A stretch of DNA of 31,778 bases from a virus (lineage: Duplodnaviria; Caudoviricetes), in the IMG/VR virus record IMGVR_UViG_3300032305_001620, positions 1-31,778 of that record. One strand, given 5' to 3'. The position numbers and the translations under genes were made by a program. Numbering within the stretch: the stretch's first letter is position 1; each line of letters starts with the position of its first letter. Below, piece by piece: positions 24,158-31,778 of the stretch. The notes under the pieces were generated by a model. It searched no databases, had not been told where the DNA came from, and was given only the letters and a program-made list of their open reading frames with translations.

Positions 24158-25884
24158 TGAAAATTGTTTTTGAAACTTTGAAATGGCGTAACTTTTTATC
24201 AACTGGTAACTCACCAACTGAAATTGATTTTCTGAAACACAAAACCAATCTTATTGTTGGAGCAAACGGTTCTGGTAAGTCTACCATGATGGATGCTTTA
24301 TGCTTCTGTTTGTTTGGAAAGGCTTACAGGGACATTAACAAAGGTGATCTGATCAACACCATAAACAACAAAGACCTTTTTGTGGAATGTTGTTTTTCCG
24401 TTGGTTCAACAAAATATAAGGTTGAACGTGGTCAGAAACCAAACGTTTTCAAAATATATGTAAACGATGAACACGTTGCACAATCAGCACAGACAGGAGA
24501 TTATCAGGAATTTCTGGAAACCACTGTTCTGAATGGGTGGAACATCAGAACATTCAAGCAGATTGTAGTTATTGGTAATGCCAACTACATTCCTTTCATG
24601 CAACAGACCCCTGCTGTAAGACGTGACATGGTAGAAGAACTGCTTGATATTAAGATATTCACGTCAATGTCCAACATTCTAAAAGAAAAAGTAACTAAAA
24701 CAAAACAAACCATTTCAGAAAATGAATTGAAACTTCAGGGTATCAGAAACGTTATTGCTACCACTGAACGTATGATTGAGTTGATGAAAAAGAACAATGA
24801 TTTTGATATTGCTGAAAAACAGAAAGAGATTGACAAGCTTCAAGCACAGATAGAAGTTCATGAAGAACAACTTGGATATGCCGCAATAATTGTAAAGAAT
24901 TTAAAAGCTTCTGTGGACTATGAAAAAATCACCAAAATTCAAGATGCTCTAAGAAAACTTGATATGAAAGAACGAGAAGTTGAAGTTCTCAAAGAACAAC
25001 TGAAAAAGCAAAACAAATTTTTCTCTGTCAACCAAACATGTCCAACATGCACCAGAGATATTGATGCAGACTATAAACATACCATCATAACAGAAAACGA
25101 AAATGCTGTTTTCAGGCATGATGATTTTCTGGAAAAGATTGAACAAAAATATCTATCACTTAATGAAGAATTGAAAGTATTAATGGAAAAAGAAAAGGAA
25201 CTGTCTAAAGCTGAAAATGAACGTAACACCATTCAGTCTAAAATTGATTCCATTTCCAATAATAAAAAATATATTCAAAAAGATATTGACAAGCTTAAAG
25301 TAGAAAAGAAAGAAGATTTGTCAGGTGTAAAAGAACTACAAACTGAAAAAGAAAAACTGAAACTAGAAGAAGCAGAAAAAGAACGTCTTCTGAAAGACAA
25401 AGATGCTCAAGATATTGTACAATCATTCTTGAAGGATGGTGGTATTAAAACCCAAATCATCAAGCAAAACATTCCTGTTCTGAATAAACTGATTAATAAA
25501 TATTTGGCAGCAATGGATTTCTTTGTTAATTTTGAAATTGATGAACAGTTTAATGAAACCATTAAATCAAGATATCGTGATACCTTTAAATATGCTTCTT
25601 TCTCAGAAGGGGAAAAGCTTAGAATTGACCTTTCAATTCTTTTTGCTTGGAGAACTCTTGCCAAGATGAGAAATTCTTTAAATTCAAATCTTCTTATTCT
25701 TGATGAAATTTTTGAATCTTCTCTTGACTCCAATGGTACAGATGAGTTATTAAAGATTATCCGTGATCTTGATGAGGATACCAAAATTTTCATCATATCC
25801 CATAAAGGTGATCAGTTGTTTGACAAATTTGATAATGTAATCAAGTTTGAGAAACATCAGTCATTTTCACGTATTGTAAATTAA
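24157..25884 (+). CDS. gp46: Recombination endonuclease ATPase subunit (Rad50/SbcC-like)
   Basis: NFLSTGN, Walker A GANGSGKS, CPTC zinc hook, FSEGEK signature, LILDE Walker B, ISH. Confidence 0.98.
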   Translation: MKIVFETLKWRNFLSTGNSPTEIDFLKHKTNLIVGANGSGKSTMMDALCFCLFGKAYRDINKGDLINTINNKDLFVECCFSVGSTKYKVERGQKPNVFKIYVNDEHVAQSAQTGDYQEFLETTVLNGWNIRTFKQIVVIGNANYIPFMQQTPAVRRDMVEELLDIKIFTSMSNILKEKVTKTKQTISENELKLQGIRNVIATTERMIELMKKNNDFDIAEKQKEIDKLQAQIEVHEEQLGYAAIIVKNLKASVDYEKITKIQDALRKLDMKEREVEVLKEQLKKQNKFFSVNQTCPTCTRDIDADYKHTIITENENAVFRHDDFLEKIEQKYLSLNEELKVLMEKEKELSKAENERNTIQSKIDSISNNKKYIQKDIDKLKVEKKEDLSGVKELQTEKEKLKLEEAEKERLLKDKDAQDIVQSFLKDGGIKTQIIKQNIPVLNKLINKYLAAMDFFVNFEIDEQFNETIKSRYRDTFKYASFSEGEKLRIDLSILFAWRTLAKMRNSLNSNLLILDEIFESSLDSNGTDELLKIIRDLDEDTKIFIISHKGDQLFDKFDNVIKFEKHQSFSRIVN

Positions 25885-25895
25885 AGGAGATAAAA

Positions 25896-26348
25896 ATGTT
25901 TAATAATATTGATTTTGAAAATAAGCCAATTAATAGTATGGTTATTCTTTTTGGTTATGCTGCTGTATTTTTTGCTTTGGTGTTTGCTCTACGTTTGCTG
26001 TTTATGCCAGCTAATGTTGCTATGGGTGTTGCAGAAAAGACATTCAATCCAGATGCAATCATCTATAACTATGAATGGTTTAAGACACAGTACAATGAAA
26101 TTAAGTCTTTTGATATTCGTATCAAGAATGCACAAGATGTCTTGACTTCATTCAATGAATCATATAAAGGTATTCAGCGTGATAAGTGGTCTTTTGAAGC
26201 AACTCAACGTGAAACAGAATTGAATTCTATTTTGCTTGGTCTAAAGAATCAGAGAGCACTTATGGTAGCAGAATATAATGCACGTGCAAAAATGGCAAAT
26301 CGTAACTTTGTCAAGTTTGATGATGTACCAGATTATATTGAACAATAA
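25896..26348 (+). CDS. Membrane-anchored coiled-coil protein
   Basis: AAGGAG SD; hydrophobic segment at about aa 14-37, then helical region ending EYNARAKMANR. Confidence 0.7.
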   Translation: MFNNIDFENKPINSMVILFGYAAVFFALVFALRLLFMPANVAMGVAEKTFNPDAIIYNYEWFKTQYNEIKSFDIRIKNAQDVLTSFNESYKGIQRDKWSFEATQRETELNSILLGLKNQRALMVAEYNARAKMANRNFVKFDDVPDYIEQ

Positions 26349-26360
26349 GGAGATTTTATT

Positions 26361-26900
26361 ATGAACATCCGTAAACGTCTTTTGATTGCTGCTGTTGTTT
26401 TGTCACCTTTGCTTATGGCAAATCAGGGATGTGAACAAACTGCACCAGATACTTCTAGGAAAGAACAGTTTAATCAGGAATCAAATCAAAAAGTTCTTTT
26501 GAATGTACAGCCACCTCCAAGGGTATCTGTTTCTGCAGAACGTAAGAACCTTATTGAACGTCTAAGGAGGCTTAACAATGAGAACATGTCAGGATGTGTG
26601 TATCTGATTTCACATGGCACTGTGATGGCTTTCTATCCAGTGAAAGGTAAGGTATCTTCACTCAACTCTTATCTCACAGGTAAGGATAAGGTTATTGATG
26701 ATCCATATGGTTCTGTGGAAGCTGGTGGAGTAGTTGTTGAACAGCCAGACTATGATGGATCATATGGTAAAAATGCAGAAGGTGTGTTTTTCTTTACTGC
26801 TGATACGAATACATATGTAGAATGGGTTGGTGAGTATTTGTATTCTGATTCATGTCTTACCCTTTCTGTACGACCTACTCTAGTAAGAACGATTAAATAA
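26361..26900 (+). CDS. Putative lipoprotein
   Basis: Basic N-terminus, hydrophobic core and LMANQG-C lipobox-like site; AAGGAG SD. Confidence 0.7.
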   Translation: MNIRKRLLIAAVVLSPLLMANQGCEQTAPDTSRKEQFNQESNQKVLLNVQPPPRVSVSAERKNLIERLRRLNNENMSGCVYLISHGTVMAFYPVKGKVSSLNSYLTGKDKVIDDPYGSVEAGGVVVEQPDYDGSYGKNAEGVFFFTADTNTYVEWVGEYLYSDSCLTLSVRPTLVRTIK

Positions 26901-26916
26901 TATCAAGGATAGTGTA

Positions 26917-27474
26917 ATGCAGTTTACTTATAAAGTACCAGAAATAATCACTACAACAGCACCAAAACCAAAGATACCCCCTTTGGTTTTGGTGGAAGAA
27001 ACTGATAAAATTCTTCATGAACCTGTTCCTGTTTTTGATTTTAAAAATTCACCTGTTGATCCTATTGAATTTACTCATGCTATGATTAGAAAAATGATTG
27101 AGCACAGGGCTTTGGGTCTTGCTGCAAATCAGGTTGGATATCCTTACAGAATGTTTGTAATGTCTGGTGAACCCAATTATGCATGTTTCAATCCGGTTAT
27201 TGTTGGTCATGGATTAGAAGAAGATAGAAGCTTGGAAGGTTGTTTATCCTATCCAGAACTTTATATTAAAGTGAAAAGGCATTCTTCCATCAAAGTAAGG
27301 TTCACAATGCCTAATGGGGAAGCCACAACCAAAACATTTGCAGGTCTTACTGCAAGAGTGTTTCAGCATGAACTTGACCATTTGGATGGAAAGGTGTTTT
27401 ATCAATCAGCCAATCCTGTACACAAGGAAAAAGCTTTTAAAGATAGACGTATCAGATTCAAGAGGAAATCATGA
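26917..27474 (+). CDS. def: Peptide deformylase
   Basis: GLAANQVG, EGCLS and QHELDHLDG motifs. Confidence 0.96.
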   Translation: MQFTYKVPEIITTTAPKPKIPPLVLVEETDKILHEPVPVFDFKNSPVDPIEFTHAMIRKMIEHRALGLAANQVGYPYRMFVMSGEPNYACFNPVIVGHGLEEDRSLEGCLSYPELYIKVKRHSSIKVRFTMPNGEATTKTFAGLTARVFQHELDHLDGKVFYQSANPVHKEKAFKDRRIRFKRKS

Positions 27475-27782
27475 ATAAAAAAATTGTTCAAAATTCAGTA
27501 ATATGTAATCTTTGTAACGATGAAATATGGAGTGCTTATACACATGATTTTGTAACATGTAGCTGTGGTAATATTTCTGTTGATGGTGGTGTAGAATATC
27601 TTAGACGTGTTGGAAAAGATTCATATAAAGATACTTCTTTTTCTATGACTGAACAATGTATTGAAGATATAAAAGAAGCAGTAAAATGGGCCAAAAAAGA
27701 TACTGGTAGAAATGATTTTGGAATTGCACTTGCTGTTTTTAGAGCGTTGAGAAAAAATGGATTGATTGTAGAAAACGATTGA
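27471..27782 (+). CDS. Zn-ribbon hypothetical protein
   Basis: N...C..C.D.I.S...HDF.TC.CG...VDGG..YLRR. Confidence 0.75.
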   Translation: MNKKIVQNSVICNLCNDEIWSAYTHDFVTCSCGNISVDGGVEYLRRVGKDSYKDTSFSMTEQCIEDIKEAVKWAKKDTGRNDFGIALAVFRALRKNGLIVEND

Positions 27783-27815
27783 CAAGAAATCCATTAAGGT
27801 ATAGTTTTTGAAAAT

Positions 27816-27898
27816 GAGGACATAACCAGTTTAGCCTTCTAAGCTATTATCTGTAATTGGAGTTGAAAATGGGGGTTCGAATCCCTCTGTCCTCACCA
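27816..27898 (+). tRNA. Atypical D-armless tRNA-Arg(UCU)-like RNA
   Basis: Acceptor GAGGACA/TGTCCTC+ACCA; T arm GGGGG-TTCGAAT-CCCTC; anticodon arm TAGC-CTTCTAA-GCTA; only 9 nt where the D arm should be. Confidence 0.75.
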
Positions 27899-28400
27899 GA
27901 ATTTCTTTTAAGGAAATATGATCATTGTCAAATTCCCAATGACAGTTTCTACAAAGAGGTAATAAATTGTTTTTATTATTAATTTCTCCTAATGTTGCAG
28001 TTTCAGGGAAAGATGCTATATCTTTTATGTGTGCTAACTCAACATGAAGCTTGTATCCACAATTAATACATGGTTTTTTTCTTAAATCTTTATTCCACGA
28101 TCTTGCAAAAAGTCTTATGTGAGAAGATTTCCATGAAGGGTGTTTGTTTTGAAGGCTTAATTTATTAGTATATTCTTTAATTGTAAAATTTTTGAAACTT
28201 TCTTTTGTTTGTTTTTTAAATTCTTCTGTATGAATGTCACATCTATTTTTTCTAAAACTTGAAACTGGTGCTTGGCAAACCAAACAAACCTTTTTTGTTT
28301 TTCTTTTTGGATACGTTTTGTTTGTTTGTATTGCTGAACAACTTCTAGAACAATATTTTGGATTTGGTGTTTCTTTTTGACAATTTAAACAATTTTTCAT
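27831..28400 (-). mobile_element. HNH homing endonuclease with N-terminal Cys motifs, antisense to tRNA region
   Basis: C..C.......KYCSRSC, C..CGY...VE.AHIK.I..F........IN...NL.PLC.NCHWEFD; last ~22 codons read through the tRNA on the opposite strand. Confidence 0.88.
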
Positions 28401-28446
28401 ATAAATACCTTTGACTTAATCGAACAACAATGTTATATTATTTATA
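28400..28446. promoter_or_regulatory. Overlapping promoters: + late TATAAATA (28400-28407), + sigma70 (28411-28439), - late TATAAATA (28439-28446)
   Basis: TATAAATA on both strands; TTGACT-17 nt-TATATT with TG extension. Confidence 0.75.
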
Positions 28447-28485
28447 AGAATACACTTTTCGAATAAAATGAAAGGAATAAAACCA

Positions 28486-28716
28486 ATGGCCTATTATGAA
28501 GATGTTTTAATTCAACCAAAAACCTACAATAAACAAGAGGTACAACGTCTTGTTGATTATTTCTTTGCTGTTGCTTTGGCGACTTATCAAAATCCTGAAG
28601 AATATAAAACAAAGTTCAAGACACCTGAAGAATATATGGCATGGGTTGCTGAAAATATCAGACAAGCAGGGTTTCCTACTGAACAAAAAGGAATATCTTG
28701 GGGAGTGTTAAAGTAA
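28486..28716 (+). CDS. Hypothetical protein
   Basis: AAGGA SD favours ATG 28486; ends WVAE..R..GF.T...G.SWGVL. Confidence 0.7.
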   Translation: MAYYEDVLIQPKTYNKQEVQRLVDYFFAVALATYQNPEEYKTKFKTPEEYMAWVAENIRQAGFPTEQKGISWGVLK

Positions 28717-28722
28717 ATAAAC

Positions 28723-28815
28723 GGTTCTGTGGTGTAACGGTGAACATGGTGTCCTTATAAGGCATAAGCACTAGATTGGTGCGCGATTCTGGTTCAAATC
28801 CAGACAGAACCACCA
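28723..28815 (+). tRNA. tRNA with UAU anticodon (nominally Ile) and a long variable arm
   Basis: GGTTCTG/CAGAACC+ACCA; D GTGT/ACAT; anticodon GTGTC-CTTATAA-GGCAT; variable GCACTA-GAT-TGGTGC; T TCTGG-TTCAAAT-CCAGA. Confidence 0.88.
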
Positions 28816-28820
28816 AATAT

Positions 28821-28895
28821 TCCCAAGTAGCTTAATGGTAAAGCATTTGACTGTTAATCAAAATAGTGTAAGTTCGATCCTTACCTTGGGAGCCA
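28821..28895 (+). tRNA. tRNA-Asn(GUU)
   Basis: Canonical cloverleaf TCCCAAG/CTTGGGA+GCCA; anticodon arm TTTGA-CTGTTAA-TCAAA; G73. Confidence 0.96.
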
Positions 28896-28911
28896 TTTTT
28901 AGGAGTTTGTT

Positions 28912-29409
28912 ATGAATATTTTTTATATTGATTCTAATCCACAAATATGTGCTCAATATCATCATGATGTTCATGTTAACAAAATGATTATTGAAACTGC
29001 ACAAATGTTATCTGCAGCACATCATGTATCTCTTTCAAAATACCGAGATGTGGTTTATAAACCAGCATATGTAAATCATCCATCTACTGTTTGGGTAAGA
29101 CATAATGAACTTACATATAAGTGGGCTTTTCATTTATTTACATATTTGTCTTATGAATTTAAATTCCGATCTGGCAAAGATCATTCTACGTTTGTAAATT
29201 ATGGCAAATATTTAGAAAACATACCTTTCAACAATACTGATTATGAATTCAAATCGCCCCCATTGTGTATGCCCGATCAATACAAGACAGATGATCATGT
29301 TCAAGCATACAGAAATTTCTATAAGGCTGAAAAAATGTTTGACAAAAACGGTAAACCTATGGATAAATGGACAAATAGAACAAGACCTTATTGGTTAAAT
29401 GTTGCATAA
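28912..29409 (+). CDS. Pyrimidine-dimer DNA glycosylase-like (DenV family) protein
   Basis: MNIF..D.NP..CAQ.H.D.HV.KMI.E.AQMLS.AH, Y.P...NHP...WVR, P..MPD.YK......AYR.FY. Confidence 0.82.
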   Translation: MNIFYIDSNPQICAQYHHDVHVNKMIIETAQMLSAAHHVSLSKYRDVVYKPAYVNHPSTVWVRHNELTYKWAFHLFTYLSYEFKFRSGKDHSTFVNYGKYLENIPFNNTDYEFKSPPLCMPDQYKTDDHVQAYRNFYKAEKMFDKNGKPMDKWTNRTRPYWLNVA

Positions 29410-29473
29410 ATACAACACTTATATATTATTTTTGATACAACTTGTTTTCTGCAAAACGCAACGATACATATAA

Positions 29474-29626
29474 TTAATCATCCATAGTGAAAAAAATGAA
29501 TAGTAATATTTTCCTTTTTGTTTTGTTTTTAGTTTGCTTTTTTACAATATCCAGTAAAATTTTGTTGCTTTTAGTTGTTGCATTAATTGTTTTTTGTATT
29601 ATATATAATATACTATGGATGATTAA
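29474..29626. repeat. Perfect 15-bp inverted repeat enclosing a 123-nt T-rich spacer
   Basis: TTAATCATCCATAGT (29474-29488) and ACTATGGATGATTAA (29612-29626). Confidence 0.9.
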
Positions 29627-29699
29627 GGGTTGGTAGTTTAATTCTTAAAACCGCACGATATCAGTGTAAATGGAGGTGCAAATCCTTCCCAACTCGCCA
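29627..29699 (+). tRNA. tRNA-like RNA with intact stems and CCA but non-canonical loops
   Basis: GGGTTGG/CCAACTC+GCCA; D GTTT/AAAC without GG; GCAC-GATATCA-GTGT; T GGAGG-TGCAAAT-CCTTC. Confidence 0.7.
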
Positions 29700-29718
29700 A
29701 ATTTTAAAAGGAAAACAT

Positions 29719-29901
29719 ATGGAAATAATTGGTAAATGCTCTATTTGTGGTGGCTCTGTACAAGCTACTTCTTCATACCTTTCAACAGTTCCTCCTGTAC
29801 CAACATGTACATCTTGTGGTGCAAAAAAGAAAAATGATAAGCCAATCATTGAAATGGAAAAAACGGATGAAGGATATAATCCAAGGCTTTTGATTGATTG
29901 A
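29719..29901 (+). CDS. Small Zn-ribbon protein
   Basis: AAGGA SD; IG.CSICGG.V......PP.P.C.SCGA.....P.I.M. Confidence 0.75.
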   Translation: MEIIGKCSICGGSVQATSSYLSTVPPVPTCTSCGAKKKNDKPIIEMEKTDEGYNPRLLID

Positions 29902-29919
29902 TGTGAGAAGGTTTATATT

Positions 29920-31071
29920 ATGAATTATGTGTTTCCATACATCACTCATATTGATGAGGTTATTCCTCATTTGGACGATAATTTTATCGTTGCAAGAAAA
30001 CATGGTTACACTGTAATCAATTATATCCTAAACTATGAAGAAGCTTTTTCTTCTGATGATCCTGTAAGAGACAAGATTCGCAGAGAATGTAGAGGTCTTG
30101 TTTTTGATGCAGATGGATATATTTCTGGTCGTAGACTCCATAAGTTTTTTAATATCAATGAACTTCCAGAAACAAGGAAGGAAAATATTGATCTTTCAAA
30201 GCCACATGTAATTCTTGAAAAGCTTGATGGTTCCATGATCACACCATTTGAAAACACCAAAGGGGAACTTCTTTGGGGAACAAAAATGGGTGAAACAGAC
30301 ACATCAAAGCAAATGGTTTCTTTTCTTGAAAAGAATCCTCATTATAACGAGTTTGCCAAGAAATGTATTGACTCTTCTACAACTCCTATTTTTGAATGGG
30401 TGTCTCCTAACAATAGGATTGTTCTTCCTTATCAAGAGGAAAACCTTATCCTTATTGCAATTAGAGGGTTGCAATCTGGTTGGTATATGCCTTTCAACGT
30501 AATGAAAGATGTAGCTGAAAAGTATAACATTCCATGTGTAAAAACACACAGTCTTTCTGATCTTGAAAATGTTATGAAGCATCTTTCATCTTCTCAGGGT
30601 GAAGAAGGGGTTGTTTTGAGGTTTGATGATGGTCATATGGTCAAGGTAAAATCAGAATGGTATATTCGCCTTCACAAGACCAAGGAAGCAATTTCTTCAG
30701 AGAAGAATGTTGTTGAACTGATTTTGAACAATTCTCTTGACGATCTCAAGTCAATTTTGATGGATGAAGATGTTCAGAAATTGAATAATTATGAAAAAAA
30801 ATTTAGTCAATGTTTGATTGATTATTGTTTACTTATTGTAAATATTTTGGATCATGTTCGTAAAACAAATATGAGTAGAAAAGTTTTTGCTTTGACATCT
30901 GAAAATTATTCTGCAAAAGTTAAAGCAGTTGTTTTTAAATTTTTTGATGTTGACTATACCTATTATGATATTGTAAAATATATTTCTGATATGATTCTAA
31001 AACATTGTAATTCAAACAAGAAATTTGAAGAATTTAAAGAAGAGTTGTATTTTAAAAATTTGGAGTATTGA
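29920..31071 (+). CDS. rnlA: RNA ligase 1 (T4 Rnl1/gp63 family)
   Basis: RECRGLVF, KFFN..E, motif I EKLDGS, T..FE...P.NRIV..Y, EGVV, KVKSEWY. Confidence 0.95.
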   Translation: MNYVFPYITHIDEVIPHLDDNFIVARKHGYTVINYILNYEEAFSSDDPVRDKIRRECRGLVFDADGYISGRRLHKFFNINELPETRKENIDLSKPHVILEKLDGSMITPFENTKGELLWGTKMGETDTSKQMVSFLEKNPHYNEFAKKCIDSSTTPIFEWVSPNNRIVLPYQEENLILIAIRGLQSGWYMPFNVMKDVAEKYNIPCVKTHSLSDLENVMKHLSSSQGEEGVVLRFDDGHMVKVKSEWYIRLHKTKEAISSEKNVVELILNNSLDDLKSILMDEDVQKLNNYEKKFSQCLIDYCLLIVNILDHVRKTNMSRKVFALTSENYSAKVKAVVFKFFDVDYTYYDIVKYISDMILKHCNSNKKFEEFKEELYFKNLEY

Positions 31072-31072
31072 T

Positions 31073-31657
31073 ATGATAGGTACTGTGATTATGATGGTAG
31101 GTTTGCCTATGTCAGGTAAATCCTTTGTGTTGAGTAAAAACAAGTGGACGCTTCAAGTTTTGCTTGCAAAAATGAATGTCAAAAATGACAAAGAAATTAT
31201 AACTCTTTCTTCTGATGATATTGTTAATGTTGTGTCAGATTCTTTACATATCACTTATAATGAAGCATGGGAGATTATTCATTCACATCTTTCAGATGCT
31301 TTTGAATATCATGTCAAAGATTTTTTTGAGAAATCATCTTTGGCTTTGGAAGAAAATGGTGAAATTGTTTATGATGTTGTTTTTTGGGATCAGACAAATC
31401 TTTCCAAAAAGTCAAGAGTCAAAAAGCTTTTCATGATTCCAGAAGGGTGGAAGAAGATTGCTTTGGTTTTTCCAGAACCTTTAAAGCAAGAATTGATAAT
31501 CAGGAAAGAAAAGAGAAAGCTGGAAGGGAAAGAAATTCCAGACAAAATTTATAAAAACATGAAGAAAAGTTATACAAAACCAACTCTTGAAGAAGGATTT
31601 GATTTCATTTTTGATATCACAGAAGTCCTTCCTGAGTTGTATGAAAATGACCTATAA
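31073..31657 (+). CDS. P-loop kinase, polynucleotide 5'-kinase-like (no HAD phosphatase domain)
   Basis: Start trimmed to ATG 31073 after GGAG; MVGLPMSGKS, SSDDI, WDQTNL....R, R..R....K.IP......M...Y..P...EGFD. Confidence 0.85.
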   Translation: MIGTVIMMVGLPMSGKSFVLSKNKWTLQVLLAKMNVKNDKEIITLSSDDIVNVVSDSLHITYNEAWEIIHSHLSDAFEYHVKDFFEKSSLALEENGEIVYDVVFWDQTNLSKKSRVKKLFMIPEGWKKIALVFPEPLKQELIIRKEKRKLEGKEIPDKIYKNMKKSYTKPTLEEGFDFIFDITEVLPELYENDL

Positions 31658-31700
31658 ATTTTTTTAGGTGTTGCCTAAAAAAGCCTATTGAGGATGATAT

Positions 31701-31770
31701 ATATCCTGAATGAACTAAAAACTCATTCAGGATATGTTCGTTTAAACAGATATAGGTAAACAGATATAGG
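31701..31770. repeat. 13-bp hairpin followed by a 14-bp direct tandem duplication
   Basis: ATATCCTGAATGA-9 nt-TCATTCAGGATAT (31701-31735); TAAACAGATATAGG twice (31743-31770). Confidence 0.85.
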
Positions 31771-31778
31771 AGATAAAG

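Noticed and set aside
695-31436. Many 60-140 aa ORFs on the minus strand or in alternative frames inside long genes (e.g. 1979-2209, 3029-3346, 8043-8396, 10118-10543, 25407-25796, 29661-29849)
   Set aside because: They overlap well-supported genes or RNAs, lack SD sequences and motifs, and have the composition expected of shadow frames.
1-31778. Stop-codon reassignment
   Set aside because: All core genes are full length in the standard code, TAG and TGA both end genes, and no suppressor anticodon is present.

Overview
AT-rich window from a T4-like (Tevenvirinae/Kyanoviridae-style gene order) myophage genome, almost entirely + strand. It runs: end of tail tube gp19, portal gp20, prohead core region, protease gp21, scaffold gp22, major capsid gp23, an accessory island of about 6.5 kb, a 480-bp non-coding region, gp3, an HD hydrolase, uvsY, uvsW, gp55, gp47, gp46, peptide deformylase, a tRNA region, a DenV-like glycosylase, RNA ligase 1 and a P-loop kinase. 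Four free-standing homing endonucleases are interspersed. Two things stand out. (1) Seven ORFs after gp23 start with a leader resembling the T4 internal-protein capsid-targeting sequence (M-x-[TS]-F-K-x-F-L-x-E). These, and three ORFs between gp20 and gp21, look like strings of small modules joined at [LIVM]-x-E prohead-protease sites. The modules include two ADP-ribosyltransferase types, ParB-like, zincin, glycine-zipper, cationic and Pro-rich units. This suggests a capsid-packaged, gp21-processed effector polyprotein array. (2) Three of four CCA-ending tRNA-shaped genes are non-canonical: a D-armless UCU RNA, a UAU RNA with a long variable arm, and one with degenerate loops. They lie next to an RNA repair pair. 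All family calls come from motif recognition by eye; no database search was run.
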